A DNA stretch of 64,000 nucleotides from contig BFEA01000013.1 of assembly GCA_003427395.1 (NCBI GenBank), positions 336,336 to 400,335 on the forward strand, in the 5' to 3' direction. Both the position numbers and the translations under genes were made by a program. The notes beneath the pieces were generated by a model. That model saw nothing but the letters and a program-made list of their open reading frames with translations. It was not told where the DNA came from and ran no database searches. Position 1 is the stretch's first letter; each line of letters starts with the position of its first letter. Of this stretch, positions 49,558 through 63,808 are shown one piece after another. This DNA comes from Chara braunii (taxonomy: Eukaryota > Plantae > Charophyceae).

Positions 49558-52500
49558 AAGAGACTCTCAATGAATCGAATTTTGACACCCAGTCTAAGAG
49601 TGGTTCCTCTTACAATCTCATTCTTGAATTTAGATCCTCTGTCTGAAACAAACTCTATGATAAAGAAATACCTAAGATAGAACTGCTCTATCCAGTCAAC
49701 CACTTGCTCATCTGTGTTTCTCTTCAGAGTTTTTGCCTCAACATACCCAGATAAATTATCCTCATGTTCAGTATGTACCTCATCCCGTCCTTACCAAGGG
49801 GCATGGTGATGAGATTCAGGTGGACTCGGTTGCCTGACTGTACTAGGACAGTAGGGAATAATAGCTCAATCATCCTCGTTATAGACCTTTTCTGACAAAA
49901 CACGCATGACTTGCGGAACTTGTAAATCATGTCTCTCATGCCAGTCCAGAAGTAAAGCTTAGTCGTTTTAGTGTAGATTGCTTCAACAACTTTATGTTCA
50001 CCGGCACCCCCCTTGTGTAGAGCAACAATTATTTCCAGTTGTCTTTCTTTCTCACAGACCACCCTCAATGGAGCCAATCCTCCCTTGCTATCCACGAATA
50101 GGTGACTTATCTTTAGTGTGAACGTATTGCTTGAGTTCTTGCAGAAATATTTTTATCTGTTCCCTTTCCATTTTCTTTTCAATCTCTTGGAAGCTTCCAT
50201 CACCTTCTTAAAAAATGAAAGAAATATGTTCTTCTTTCTTTTCAATCTTTTCTTTTTTGAGCCGTATAATTTTCGTCATCCTTTTCATTTAGAAAGTAAT
50301 GAACGTAAGCAGACTCTTCAATTGTCCCATCAACATTTTTATCTTCGTGTTTTCTCCATTCGATTTAGTTTAAGTCATCCGCTTGGTTTTTCTTAGTGGG
50401 AATTTTTTCCAGTTTAAAATCAAAAGTTCAGATGAAGACGATCCACTTGTTTATTGTTGGATCTATTTGCTGAATCTTCTTAATGACACCAATCACAACA
50501 GATGCATCAGTCCTCAGGATGAACCTCTTTCCCAATACATAATGTCTGAAATACCTGAGGCAGTGGATAATTGTCAGCATCTATTTTCTGAATTGGGTGT
50601 AGTCTTTTTTTGTAACGTTAAGAGTTATACTTTAAAACCTTAAAGGTTTTTCTCGTCTTTCTGTACAAGTACACCACTAAGCGCTACCGGTTCCCATCAG
50701 CCTCGATAATGAAGGGTCTTCCCTCTTCATCATCATCGATATGTACTCTCAAAACTACACCTCCATCTTTCAATCTTTCTTGTAACGTTTCTGTAGCAAT
50801 CTGTCTTTTCTTTGTCCAGGATAAATCGGTTTATTGCCTCATCATCTCTCTTAGAGGTTTTGCAAGGGTCGCAAAATGAGAAATAAAAATCCTCCAGAAT
50901 CCACAGACACCCAAAAAACTATTGACGTTTGTTACTCGTTGGGAAGATAGATATCAGTCTAAAATCTTATTTATTTTTTTGGGGTTAGGACTCCTACCCT
51001 TGGAAAAACATCTAAAGCCTAAGATGATTACCTCTTCCTGAAAGAGAAGGGACTTTGACCCATTAGCAGTCAGATTACACTTCTGAAGTCTTTCCAGGAC
51101 CAACTTTATTCCCTTAGCATGCTCCGAGATAAATTTCCCAACCCGACCAACAACGAAAAACTCGTCTCTCACTACAGATCCCTTCACAGGGTTATCATCA
51201 ATATAAGGGTTGGTTATCTCATAAGCAATATTCTGCATAACTTGTATCATATCCTTTTGAACCACCTCCACATCATTGATCCACCCTCGAGGTACCACGC
51301 ACATCTGAATGAGCCCCCTTGGTGTGTGCATGAGAGGTATTGGACGGCTAGTGAGATCAATGAAAAACTGATCGTAGCCATAATATAAATCAATTGAGAG
51401 TAAACGTATCGACCATCATTAGGGATGTTACCTACGTCACGTACCGTTACTGAGTTGAGTTTTTAAAGATTTTGTATCAATCTCAGTCCACCTCCTCATT
51501 TCCAAAAATAAAACCAGTAATTCACATACGGTCCATTAGCAGGTTCAACAGCATTAGAAAAAATGTTTTTGTTCATGTATTTCATCACCTCTGCCTTTTC
51601 GTTTTGAGCATACTTGGTTGATCTGTCATTCTATGGGATGTGATCAACTGTCCAAATTTTTATTATTTTAATCATATCCACATTCAACCACACTCTCTTC
51701 ATCGTTAAAGGAGAATGTACTTGAGAACTCCTAACTCACTTTGAAGATGTATTCTTTCTCTTTAGGCAAGATAAATTGATGATAACCTATCTTTATCGTG
51801 TAAAATCTTCTTTAGCGACTCTACTTCCCAATTTCGCCGACTCCCTTAATGCTTCAATAATTCTCCTTTCCTTTTTCAGTCCTTCGTCATAATGTTTTTC
51901 TATCCAAATGACCACCAGATTTTTTTTCACTCTCGTAGGCTTGTACCTTCTCTTTGATCTAGTGGCTGGGGTACTAGAGTCACCCGGGACCACTTGCCCG
52001 ACCTGGCAAAAAACAAAAAGAGTAAACAATATTTTTGACTGTATTTTTTATTTGAATTTTGGTTTGGAAATTTGATGTGACCCTGAGGCGAACGTGGTTC
52101 AATTTATTTTTTTGCATAACATAATTTTTTTTCATATTGTTTTGATTTTTTTTTTTTTTTTTGGGACCTTCTTTGATCCTTGCATGTTCGGGCCGCCCGG
52201 ACAAACAAGGGGACTCAGGCCGCTCAAACAAACAAGGGGACTCGGGCCGTCCGGACGAACAAGGGGACCCGGATCACCCGTATGGTAGCCTAACCCATTG
52301 ACTATTGTCCTAAAAAAGGATGAGTTGACACAAACCTTAATTCTACTTGCGCACTCTTAATCGCTTCAACAATATTTTTCAATGCTTCAATCTGCCCATC
52401 TTCATCTTTGAGTCTGCCAGAGTTTTCATTATTTTTGAAATCCGATTAATGTCCACCGAGACTTCCTCTTGAATCTGTTGCTTGTCTATTCCTTTTTACT

Positions 52501-53199
52501 TTCCTAATCTTTTTAACAGCTTCTTTCATTCTGATTGAATTGGGCGATATCTTACGTTTATGATGGTGAGAGGTACATACCATAAAGGTTTGTTCTTGTG
52601 CAGTCTCCGGATCCTATAGGTCGATCGAGAACGGTCTGTCATGAATGAAACATTGGACAGCCTCCATTATGTGCAAGAATGAAGTGCCTAAGATACAGTC
52701 GTGATTCAGATCTGGCACTACGAACGCTAGCAGCTCGACAGACATCATTCCAACCTTAATAAACAAATTATCAATAAACCCAACCAAGAAGAGGTCTCCA
52801 ACAATATTATTTAATATGCTCTTTGATGGTCTATCGATGGTTAGGTTACATGCTTCCATGGTTCTCTAGGAGAGGAGGATCATTTGCGTCCAGAGTCTAC
52901 CAAGGCTCGGATCTTCACCTGATTAATATAAATAGTTAAATACCCACAACCCATGGTTGCGAATCTCATCTTATATCCTGACAATGTCTTGTTGACTTGG
53001 CTGGGGAAAACTGATCCCAAGTAATTAACTTTCATTTTTTTTTTTTCAACTAGTTTCTTGAGTTTCTTCTTAACTTAGATGTTAGTGTCATTGCCTACTT
53101 GAAAGATAGAGTTACTTTTGTTTCTTCTTACATTTTTGTAATCACATCAGTGATTACTGTTTCATCTTCTTGTTCACTCTTGAGGATGAACTTTCTCTT
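49558..53199 (-). pseudogene. Inverted Gypsy gag-end/pol segment: protease, RT, RNase H, integrase N-terminal half
   Basis: HDCILGTSFL (protease), NPYIDD (RT), HHCC-like LHKG..EHK...CVFCQ and FVSDRGSKF (integrase), in Gypsy order PR-RT-RH-INT on the minus strand. Confidence 0.88.
51975..52282. mobile_element. Small non-coding insertion in pol (MITE-like)
   Basis: Imperfect inverted ends GAGTCACCCGGGACC / GGGTGATCCGGGTCC; three ~29-bp subterminal repeats (acaagggga); no TSD found. Confidence 0.45.
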
Positions 53200-53800
53200 C
53201 ATCCTCAAGCAAATGCACCAGTCGAAAAAGGTCATAGAACTCTAAGAAACTTATTCGCAAAATTGCGTGAAGAGAATCTAATTAATTGGTCAAAAATATT
53301 AAGAACAACAATCTATATTGATAATATCATTGTCAAGAGAACCACTGGTTATGCTTCATTCACTCTGTGGTATAGTGGGTATTCTACTCTACCTATTGAG
53401 AGTATAGTCAAGACATGGTTAAGCCTAGAGGGAAACAAGGAATATTCTTTTTTGGAGTTTCTTCAGACCAGAATGAGACAAACATCGGAAGTTAATCAAG
53501 CAGTGATGGATGGTGCTGAGAGAATGACGACCAGTAGATTATCAGATCAAGAGATATCGAACAAGAAGAGGTACATAAGAAAAGAGAACTAAAGATTGAC
53601 GACATTGTTCTTATCTTTCATAATTCCCTCGAGAATTGGTGGAGCAAACGGTTGGGAGCCCAGATGGCTCGATCCCTATAGAATCACAGGTGAAAAAATG
53701 ACATATTCTATTCTATGAGATATTTGAGATAGATGGTTCAAGAGTTCATGATATGGTATCAGGGTCAAAACGTCTTAAGTTCATGTTCAAGGAACTGGAT
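53200..53800 (+). pseudogene. Gypsy integrase C-terminal half
   Basis: HPQANAPVEKGHRTL...RTTGYASF; frameshifted GPY/F-like motif near 53650-53690. Confidence 0.85.
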
Positions 53801-56800
53801 CTGATTCATACAATAACCACAAAGAAAGGAAAGAAACGTCAATCATCTAGTAAAAGAGCAACTCCGAAAAACTGAGAAAAAGTACACCGCGACAGTGAGC
53901 CGCCGCAAAGACTAAAGTTTCAGCAGACACTGATTACCTTTGCATTGTGAGTTTAATATGTCGATTTGGACATGCGAGACTTAACAGAGAAACTTCATAT
54001 GGGTTTCTATTCGTTCATATATGAGAACTAACTCTCATTTCTGCTAGTGACAAAACCAATGATATTAAGGTATCGTTGATGTGGAGTCACAACCGATCCA
54101 CGAGCATCAAATCCCTAAGTGGAGAACAACCGTGAGGCGCAGTTGTAGTAAGAGAGTGATGAAAGATCACCTTTCTAAGTGTTTATGCAGTATCAAGTTC
54201 AAAGAACTTGTGGTTGTGGCATATTGAAGAGTAATCAGTATTAATCTATTGTAATGAAGAGAAAGTTCGACGAACAAAAAAAAGTTCAACTCTACTTGAC
54301 TTGAGAATTGTCAGTAGAAGGGTTTTGGGTCTCTTGACTGAGTTGCATGTCCAAGAAAATTTATCAAAGAGATGGGCATAAAGCAGTTCAACTGTGCTTG
54401 ACCAGAGAGTTGTAAGCAGAGGGACTTCGTGTTTCCTGACTGAGTTGCCTATTTTTGTCTTAGATGAGAAAAAAGACTTTTCTAAGACCAGTACCTTTAT
54501 GCTTTCTTGAGATTGACGGGAAGTATCTTGGGAGTATTTTCGTATGAGGGAAGAAACCTTTATGGGCTCAACACTCTGTATTTCCTGAGGTTGAAGGGAG
54601 GTCTTTAGGAAATACACTGTCGGTTGTTGTTTGTTGTTGTTAAGTACTTGAGACTGAATGGACGTCTCTTGAGAAATGTTTGTTCTGTTATCTAGGGATG
54701 GGTTGTTTGACTGTGGGCTTGATATGCTTGTTTGACTGTCTGTGCGTAAGGTTTTCCTTCTCTAACCTAAAATGCGTTGATTGTCGGGGTTAGCCACAGC
54801 CTTACCACAGTAGGTTGCAATCTGGGGGGGTCAACAGGTCCCCGACTCGAGTGTCGAATTTCGTAGTTGGTTGAGGCTAAGACTCCAGGAGTCTTGGCTG
54901 TGAGGTCAAGAGGGGTCAATTGGAACTCTACCACAGTCGGAGGATGCAATCCAGTGAGATTCGCTAGATCCTGGAATTGTGGTTAGACCGGGTCCTACGT
55001 TCAAAAAATGCGGGCGGGGAAGTCAGCGCCCTGGGCAAAAAGTTGGTGGGTGGGTCGGACGCTGACCATAGTGGTCAAATCCGAGCACGAGACAGTTGGA
55101 CTGACGGGAGGTCTACTACCATAGGGTGACCAGACCCTCTATAGTCTGGGCGTCCTAGTATAAGGTGCGCCGATGGGTCGCCAAACTCGAGTAGTGGGTA
55201 TGCAGGCCCCGACCTGGGGGCAGGTTAAAGGGGCTTTCAAGACAAATGATTTGATTAGTCCTGGCCTGAGGCGGGCAAAATGAGGGATGTCAGACTGACG
55301 GCAGGTCTGTCACCCCTGTCCAGTGGTGGGTCAAAACCAAGGCAATCGATAACTCTTGGGTGTGAAGGGTTGTTTATATTATTTATCATTTATTATCGGT
55401 CTTTATTTTATTTATCTTATTTAATAATTGTTTGATGATTGCTTGTCAGGGAGTTGGCATGTTGGTATCGTGCTTGGTGGTTTATGCAACTTGCTATTTT
55501 GCAGGTTCATACATGTTCATCTAAAGTTCCTTGGCCATGGAAAGGTAAAGTTGTTTGGTATCCCCCTTTATCCGTCTGAGAAGTTGAGGACACGCCACAA
55601 TCAGATCAGGGAAAGAGAACGAGATTCGGTATCCCCCCCCAATTGCTTGAGAAGTTAAGAAGACGTCAAACTTGGGCCAGAGAACAAAAAAAAGGTTTTG
55701 GTATGCCTACCCCTGATACTGCAGACAACGAGTGTCCACTGCGTCAGTGCCTTATTGACGACAAACCTCGAGAATCACTATCAAAGATGGAATAGGAGGT
55801 AACTTCTTTACTGCAAAATTTTAGGAAAATTCATATTCCAAGACAGTAAGAAGTCAAAGACGACTACATATGAGAGAACTAAGATATAATCCTTCTTGAA
55901 TTTTGTTAAGTAGCCAACAGAGTGGTCTGGTTCACAAGGAATCTGCATCCCTAGCCTCAAGGTATCCAAACACTTAAGCCAGGGACGTTGTGAAGTATGG
56001 AAGGGACTGAGACAACAAGGAAAATAAAAGATTTATAAATTCAAGGAAAAGACATGGCGCTTAAACAAAATATAAAGGATGGTCATGAACTCTATCTAGA
56101 GTAAAACGAGAAGAGAGAAAATACAGCAGACGGTGCAACTATTGATCCGGGGCAGAGAAAAATATGCACACGGGATAGACGGTGAAGGTACAAGCACTAA
56201 CGTTTTGCTTGTCACAGGGGTGATAGGTACTCTAGGGTAGTATGGAGGGGAGGAAGTGTCGGGAGGTCCTTAGCGTCCCTCAAATTTCTTATGATAATAC
56301 TCCATTCTCGTTCGGGATGAAGTCCTCTCGTACCACTTGGGAAATGAGTGGCGTGGGTAGGCCCTTGAGTGGGTCCCATACCCATACCTCTCTTCTTCCT
56401 CTTCCTCCGAGTTGATGTACCTTCTGGCACGCGGTGTTGGCTCCTCTGGAGTCTTCCCTCCTGTTCCACCTCTCCCTCTTCCCTGTCCCCAGTGTGCTTC
56501 AGGCATAGTGAAAAAAGAAAAGGGTACACTACGATTAACGTGGAGACTATGAGAGAGTGATGAAAGTAAGAAGAATCACACTATTAAGGAAGAAAGAGGG
56601 AAGCAACTACTATGCAGATCACTCAATACCGTTGCACAATGGGAACAGAAACTGTGCTACCATGCACCGCCGTGCGTGTGGGAAGATTGTCAGCGCGGAT
56701 TTACTATGAGAGCTCCGCAACGGATTGTTGTGAGAACGACTGAGTACGCCCTCGATTTTTGTGGGGACGCTGGGCAGGGGGTTTGGTATCATATTGGAGG

Positions 56801-57259
56801 TTGCAGTGTCCCGGTCCTCTGTTGCGTGCTAAACGCTTGCTCACACACTATCATTGCACTCTGAAGATATGCTCCCTAATCCTCGTTGTGTGTTGTGCTT
56901 GCTCGCAAGATTTTGTAATATCTCGGGTCTGCATGGGTTGCAGTTCGCTGTGGGACCCGTCCAGTCGACGCTACCACTGGCAAAAGGATGGGTGTGCCAC
57001 TGGGTTTTCCATTGGTCCACGCAGGCTCGGCGCCCTGTTGTACAACAGAGCTCGACCGGCCTGTGACCGTAGTAGCTGTCGGGCTGACCCAGGGACGCGA
57101 AGCTAAGGGGGATCGACTCAATCCTTTCTACTGCGCGTCGGGTACCCTATACCCAGGTTCTGGGATGCATGTAGTGAACTACGGTCACTATCAAGACGAG
57201 TGGGGGCAAGGAAAGGAAAATAGAAAAAACAAGAAAAGGTAGCGCGCTAGACTTACGCC

Positions 57260-58215
57260 CCGATTCGGATCATCGTTTTTGTCTTAAGTGATCTAGTGAT
57301 CTCAAGCCGCTTTTTCTTTTCTTTTATTATTATTATTATTATTATTGTTATTATTATTACTATTATTGGTGCTATTGTTAGGCTGTTCTTGAAACTTTCG
57401 TCTCCTTCTGTCGCTTCGAAAGAGGGATGAACGTTAGTTCTTGACCCTGATTATGAACGTGTGATTCAATCTGGTCGGACCTTTCACATTTCATTTACCG
57501 CCGGAGCATCTTGCTAGACGCTTCGTCATAAGACCCCCCCCCAAAAAAGGGCACCAACGATCGCCTCGGTAGGAGGCTTGTCACCTTGTGAGGGGTCATA
57601 AGCCCCCGCCTTACCATCGGACAAGGGTACCCATCAGGGGTGGTTCGATCGCCTCCTTTGAAAGGAGGGAGGCGACCGACTGTGCCCCGTTATGGGACCG
57701 CTATGTAAAGCGTACAGTCACCATCGAGGCAAATAAAAGAACTAAGGGGAAAAAAAAAAAAAAAAAAAAAAATGAGAAAAGACACATGTCAAGTCTGCAT
57801 TTTGATTCAAACCGACGTTTTACGTTCGAATTATTTAAGAGGCATCAAACCATGGTTTGGGCCACGTTTCTCCTTGAATTTTTTTTTCCCATTTTCCTTA
57901 CTGCTAGTATTATTGTTATTATGATTGCTATTAAGGCTATTAAGTTGCCTCTTGAAATTTCCTTTCCTTATTAGCCGCTCCTCGAGGGAACGAACGATTC
58001 AATTTTGAACTGAGTTCCTGAGCAGTGTGTTGCGAAAGCGACCGATCAACCCAGAAGAGGGGCGACATATGACCACTTTGGTAGGGAGCTTATCGCTTTG
58101 CACGGAAAGTAATAGGCTGCCCCCTTGCCGTCACCGGTACCCGTTTGGGGTAGTTCAACGGCCCCCTTAAGAGGGAGGGAGGGAGCAGGGTGGCATCCCA
58201 TCATGGGACCGCAAC
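57260..58215. repeat. Diverged ~510-bp tandem duplication
   Basis: tcttgaaactttc...gagggatgaacg and ggtacccatcaggggtggttcgatcgcc...atgggaccgc recur as tcttgaaatttcc...gagggaacgaacg and ggtacccgtttggggtagttcaacggcc...atgggaccgc. Confidence 0.7.
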
Positions 58216-59809
58216 ACTGCGTCCAGTCTTTTCAGACTGAATTGAAGAGACTGTGAGACTAGTTGAGGTGGACGCCTGCTCAAAAGACCGACAGGTTCTG
58301 GTTGTTTTCCCATTTTCTTATTATTATTGTCGTTTAGGATTTATTTAAATGCAGTTATAATTTTACCTACTGAACGAGAGCCACTCTGAGGCATCTCGGT
58401 TAAAACGTAGTAGACGAGGGACTTAACAATACTATAAAAGAAAAAGAAGTCGCGCCACCTGCTACTGGCCAGTAGACACTTATGGACAGCTACGCTATGC
58501 GCTGGTAACCTGAGGAAGAGGGGTGGACAAGTGAGGTGTCCGGGTGGCAAACGACAAGTGCGCGTGTACGCTAGGTGACAAGCTCCGACTATTCCGAAAA
58601 AAAGTGCACAGCTATGACCTTGCACGCTGTCGGACCAAATACCCTTACAAAGGTATTTGGCCATGCTTTTGTATTTGTCACAACGACGACGTCGGCTACC
58701 ATGACGGAGCCAGTCTGAGATGAAAAGGGTGTGCACACTTTAGCGTGATATTTGAAATGATTTCCTCGGTCATCGATGCCAGGGCAAATGGTGAGGAAAA
58801 TTTCAAGAGTATGAGCGCGCATTATTATGATGCGTGCTGTGATGGTTAGGATTAGTAGAAATACCCTCCGACCGAAAAGGTTGAAGGGTTAGTTGGATGA
58901 ATATTGTGTCGGGTAAATCTACGACACGCACTGAGATTTGATCTGATACCTGTTTACCTACCAGTACCAGGTGTTTAAAAATGTCAACATTTGTCGTCCT
59001 CTGCTCGGCCTCGAGTATGACAACCGATCTCAAAATACTTTCATTAAAAGAAAGAGCAAAAATCGCATGAATCTCCCACTAAAACATGGAAATATACACC
59101 TCCGTTTGCGCCCGCCCACCGTCTCGCCTTCGCTACGCCCATCCGCGGACTTTGCGATGTGTATGTGTGTGTGTGAGTATGAATGAGTGCAACCGACCTC
59201 GTGATACTTCCATGGATAGGACAAATAGAATAAAATAAATAAATAAATAAATAAATAAAATAATGAATCGAATGAATCTACCACTAGAATGGGAATATAT
59301 TCACTACTACACGTACATGTGTGTGAGTGTGTGTAAGAGAGAGAGAGAGAAGGGGTACGTCGATCGATTCGTTGAGAGGCTTACCGAGCGACGGGTAAGT
59401 CTCCGAGGCCGCGGCTGGCCTCGCACGCAAACTTTCATCGAAAGGGTGATCGAAATCGATCGAATCTTTTCGCTACAATGTCGGAATATTCACTACTACA
59501 CATGTGTGTGTGCGTGTGAGAGGGTGAGAGAGAGAGTGAGTAAGAGAAAAAAAGAGGGAGAGAAAGAGAGAGAGGGAGAGACGAGAGAGAGAAAGAGAGA
59601 GAGTACTTCGAAGCGTTCGTTGAGCAACTTACCTAGGAGATTCGTCTTTGAGGCCGCGGCTGGGTTCGTGCAACTTCCATCGAAATGATGAGCAAAATCG
59701 ATCCGATCTCCTGCTACAACGTTCGAGATACCCACTACTATACTTGTGCGTGTCTGTATGTGAGAGGGAAGAAGAGAGAGAAGAGGGAAGGAGAGGAGGT
59801 GAGTGGTTG

Positions 59810-60165
59810 CGGTTGGGTACACGTGACATCCATGGAGGGTTGAGGTTGTGAATGAAGCGAGAGACTTACCTGGTGCAGATGCGTGCGGCATGTGGTCGCG
59901 ACCTGCTCGTACTTCAGAAAAGTTGTTGACATCATCATCGCCATTGTAGTAGTAGGCTAGATAGGACCTGCCATTTTAGTCTGGGCGCCGAGCGCCAGAT
60001 AGGATGTCGTCATTGGTTCTATGTTGATGATGGTGAGACTATACCAACATTGTTAATTAGGAGTTTTTGCTATGCTTTTATTTGGTGGGACTCGTAATGC
60101 AATTCTGCTTTTGGTTCGAGGTCTCGTCTATTCGGTCACATGTGTATGATGCTGTTTGATTTATG
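59810..60165. repeat. ~370-bp dispersed repeat module, copy 4
   Basis: Same core hairpin and flanks as 9310-9680; followed by (ATT)n. Confidence 0.85.
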
Positions 60166-60174
60166 TTTTTATTA

Positions 60175-60234
<60 letters not shown>

Positions 60235-60364
60235 CGTTATCATTATTATTATTATCAGTAAGGCAGCTGTATCGAACGTCGGGCGGTTAATGAGAACACA
60301 GGGGCATGTGGCCACCCGACTATGCACACTACGAAAGAAGAAAGAATCACACAGGCACACACAT

Positions 60365-60454
<90 letters not shown>

Positions 60455-60844
60455 TTTACTTCCATCTGTAGGATGAGCTGCACCTACCACTAAAAATGGA
60501 AAGCTACACTACTACGCATGTGTGTGTGTGTGTGTGTATGTGAGTGTGTACGTGTGTGTGTGTGGGGCGGACCTAACGCTTCTTCAATCGAGGGGATGAG
60601 CAATGCATCGGATAGCACATCAGTCTTTGCAGTAAAAGCCGCAGTTTGAATAGGCAAGCATTTTATCTGTGTATGCGTGTCTTTCATGTTGAGGTGTGTC
60701 TCTATGTGTATGTATCAGTGTGAGTTTTTGTGTGTCTGTATGTTGTAATGTTCACCATACACAACCCGTGCGTGTATGTTGTAGTGTTTGCTGTACACTG
60801 CTGTGTTGTAATATTCGAGGTGCACAACTCGTAGGCATGTACGG

Positions 60845-60882
<38 letters not shown>

Positions 60883-60968
60883 GTGTGTGTAAGTGTGAGA
60901 AAGAGAGTGTGAGAGAGAAACATAATAAGGCGGAAGGCATACCTGAAACGCAGTGATTGGAAGCTCTT

Positions 60969-61026
60969 GGTCTATCAGAGGGTCTAGCCCCCTGATGAGT
61001 CAGGGAAACTCTGACGAAACAGGGCT
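60969..61026 (+). ncRNA. Type III hammerhead ribozyme, decayed (HHR-3)
   Basis: CTGATGA 60992-60998; stem II GTCAGGG/CTCTGAC; GAAA 61016-61019. Stems I and III are only partly paired, with mainly G-to-A changes. Confidence 0.65.
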
Positions 61027-61461
61027 ATCACAACCCCTCGTTTACTGACATTTTCTTCCTCTCCGTCCACGACTTACCTGACATTTCTATTTGACGGTAT
61101 ACGTATATGTTTAGAGTGTATAAACACACGAACACAAATTTACACAGAGAAACAGGTAGACAAACACACACAGAGAAAAAAGACAGACAAACACATATAG
61201 AGAAACAAACAGACAAACACACACACAAAAAAAAACAGACAAACACGCACACAGAAAAGTAAACAGATAGTCAAGCGAGAGATAGAGAGAGAGAAAGCAA
61301 CGTTGGATACTGTGTTGGTGAGGCCTATTGCTCCATTGTATTGCTCCATTTGGATGGATACTCGGTACATTGGTACTCTGTACTCATACATGGCTACCTT
61401 GCCATCTGTGTGATTTCGCAGCTTGGTTTTTCTGTATATCGTTCGCGCTCATATTCCTTGA

Positions 61462-61503
<42 letters not shown>

Positions 61504-61652
61504 TGTAATGAACCAAAGATTGGAAGATACTCGTTAGGCGTCGTAGTAAGAAGTAGACTCAGATCTGCATAATGTCGTCAGTTACCGTGAAAGGGATATC
61601 TGATACAATGTGCTGTTACCAACAGACGAAGAGAGTGGAGGGGGAATAGACA

Positions 61653-61815
61653 GAAGAGACAGAGTGGCCAGTGCCACGTCAGCAGCAGTGTGCACGTGTG
61701 GCCTGCGCCACCTCAACACCGTAAACAGTGTGGCCAATGCCACTTCAGCACTGCAGACAGTTGGTCTGCGCCACATCAGCATACAGACAACGTGGCCAAT
61801 GCCGCGTCTGCAATA
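61653..61815. repeat. Short imperfect tandem repeats (gtggccaatgccacgtcagca)
   Basis: Three to five related units observed directly. Confidence 0.7.
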
Positions 61816-61835
61816 GACAGGCGGCAGTGCCGAAT

Positions 61836-61897
61836 CCTGTGTGACGCGGCCGGGAAGGTCCCCCACGCTTGCGGGGACCGTGCACTCGACAACGTGT
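61836..61897 (+). mobile_element. Solo 3' end of the 330-bp structured element
   Basis: cctgtgtgacgcggccgggaaGGTCCCC...GGGGACCgtgcactcgacaacgtgt matches 5368-5425. Confidence 0.7.
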
Positions 61898-62123
61898 TCC
61901 GATTTCGGGACAAATATCTGATTGCTATTGTTCTTCCACTTGTTACCTATCTTCTATCTGAGCCTAACAATAGTCTGTCAGTCCGAGCGAGGTTCATACT
62001 TAATCATCGTCAGCACACCTCAGGAGCAACTGCGACTAATTGCTCGGAGTTGTCTTCTTAACCACTTGTTAATTTTTTTTGCCCTTTTGGACTATGTGGT
62101 CTATTTGTAACAGGGCAAGCTTT

Positions 62124-63445
62124 AAACTACTATTACCACCACCAAAGCTACTGGGCCTACAATGGCCCCTGGGACTACAACGGCCCATTGGACTTGGTTT
62201 CTATCCCAACACTCTCCTATGTGGTCCACTGAGACCCTAAAGAACCGAGTGCCCTGGTAATAGCCTATGGAACCTCTTTCACTGTTCCTTAACAACTTAC
62301 CTCTTACTAGAACATCCACTCCATGTCGCGTTCCCTACACCCTTCCTGGGTCCTAGTTGCCTGTATTGTGCAGTTCTAACATCCAATTAGAGATCGGGAG
62401 CCTTTTAATCGGATGCAATGAAGCCAGCTAGCTGACCTTGCCTTGCCCACATCCACCTGAACCACTTTATTTGTCTCCTGCTACCATTACCTGATAGTGT
62501 CTTCCTTCTCCAATCCACTCGGATCACTGTATTAACTGCTTGTTTAAATCTTCCTTTCAGTTCTATGTCCGACATTGGGCAATTCTGGAACTGTGCCTTG
62601 TTTCCATCTGCCCAGATAATTTCAATAAATATTCCTTTGACCACCTGCGCTATGTACCCACCTCCCTCCTTTTCCGTTCAGCTCCGGCGATAAAAAAGCC
62701 CAACAACACTCATCTCTGTTCCCACGACAGGCCTCTGCCTCCCTTTCTTTTCCAGTGGTACTCCCACCACTTCGACAGCCTCTTGGAGGTCGCGCACTCC
62801 CACCAAAGGTGTTGGGTCAATTCAAAGGGTCAGTTGCATCGTCTGCAATGCAGTTCCACTACCACCCCCCTGCCTAGTAACCAAACAGTCGATGGGGTCA
62901 CCAGTAGAGATAACAACCACAGTAGGCTCGCCTGTTTACCATTTGGAAGGCAAGTGAGAGTTTTCCAGAGTGCTGAGCTTTATTTCTGCCTCCGGGATCT
63001 CTTCTCCTAAAAGTGTTTGTCATCTGTGTGTTGGTATTGCAGATGGTGTCCTCTCTCTTGTTCGTGACCTGCCTTCATCGTGTACTGTAGCAGTTCCAAG
63101 TCTACAGATCGGTCTCCTTCTCGTTTCCAGCTCCAAGCTAGAGGGTCAATGTTTAAGTTCTCTCAAAGGCAGTATACTGATCCACTTCAATATCCTCGTT
63201 CTCCTGGTTTTATGTAGCGGACCTCTGGTTGGCATGTGAGACCAGCCCCTTGGCCTGTTTTCACAGGCCTGTGTTGTATTCGGGGTAGTCTAGTCCAGGC
63301 CGGTACCTCTGTCTGGACCTGTCAGGTTAGTCCGCTGGGGTATACCCCAGCCAGAGTCTGTATTTCGGTCATCCTACATTCGCACATTTTGGAGTATGTG
63401 CATTGAAGTCCGCGTGGGAGTTGCGCTGTGCCATCTTGCTCCACC
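62124..63445 (-). mobile_element. 5'-truncated L1/Tx1-clade LINE fragment (ORF2 C-terminus and 3' UTR)
   Basis: Minus-strand translation LHCRRCN*PFELTQHLWWEC matches the zf-RVT CCHC motif, followed by IIWADGNKAQF; Trp-rich. Confidence 0.75.
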
Positions 63446-63808
63446 CTCATCCTCCATCTCCATCTCTATCCCAGGCGGAGCACCTCAATCGGAGGGTCCG
63501 CCACACTGATATCAGAGCGGGAACGTTCCCCGCTCCCACCCACCACACCGCATAGCAGGGAAAACAACAAAACTCGACAGAGGGTTTTTTGGCAGTATTT
63601 TGACCGTTTCCAGCGGAAAACAGCGGGAAAAGGTGATAGAACGTGCAGCAGCGAAGGATCGACACATGGCAAGAAAAGAGAGATAGAGCCACGACGTGTG
63701 TGCGCTAGCGCCAAGGCCGCCGCACACTCAAGCGCCAAGTGCCCACACTGCCCCGCCCCGCTCCCGGATTATTTATTATCAAGATCCAGGATGCATGCTG
63801 CTGCCAGG

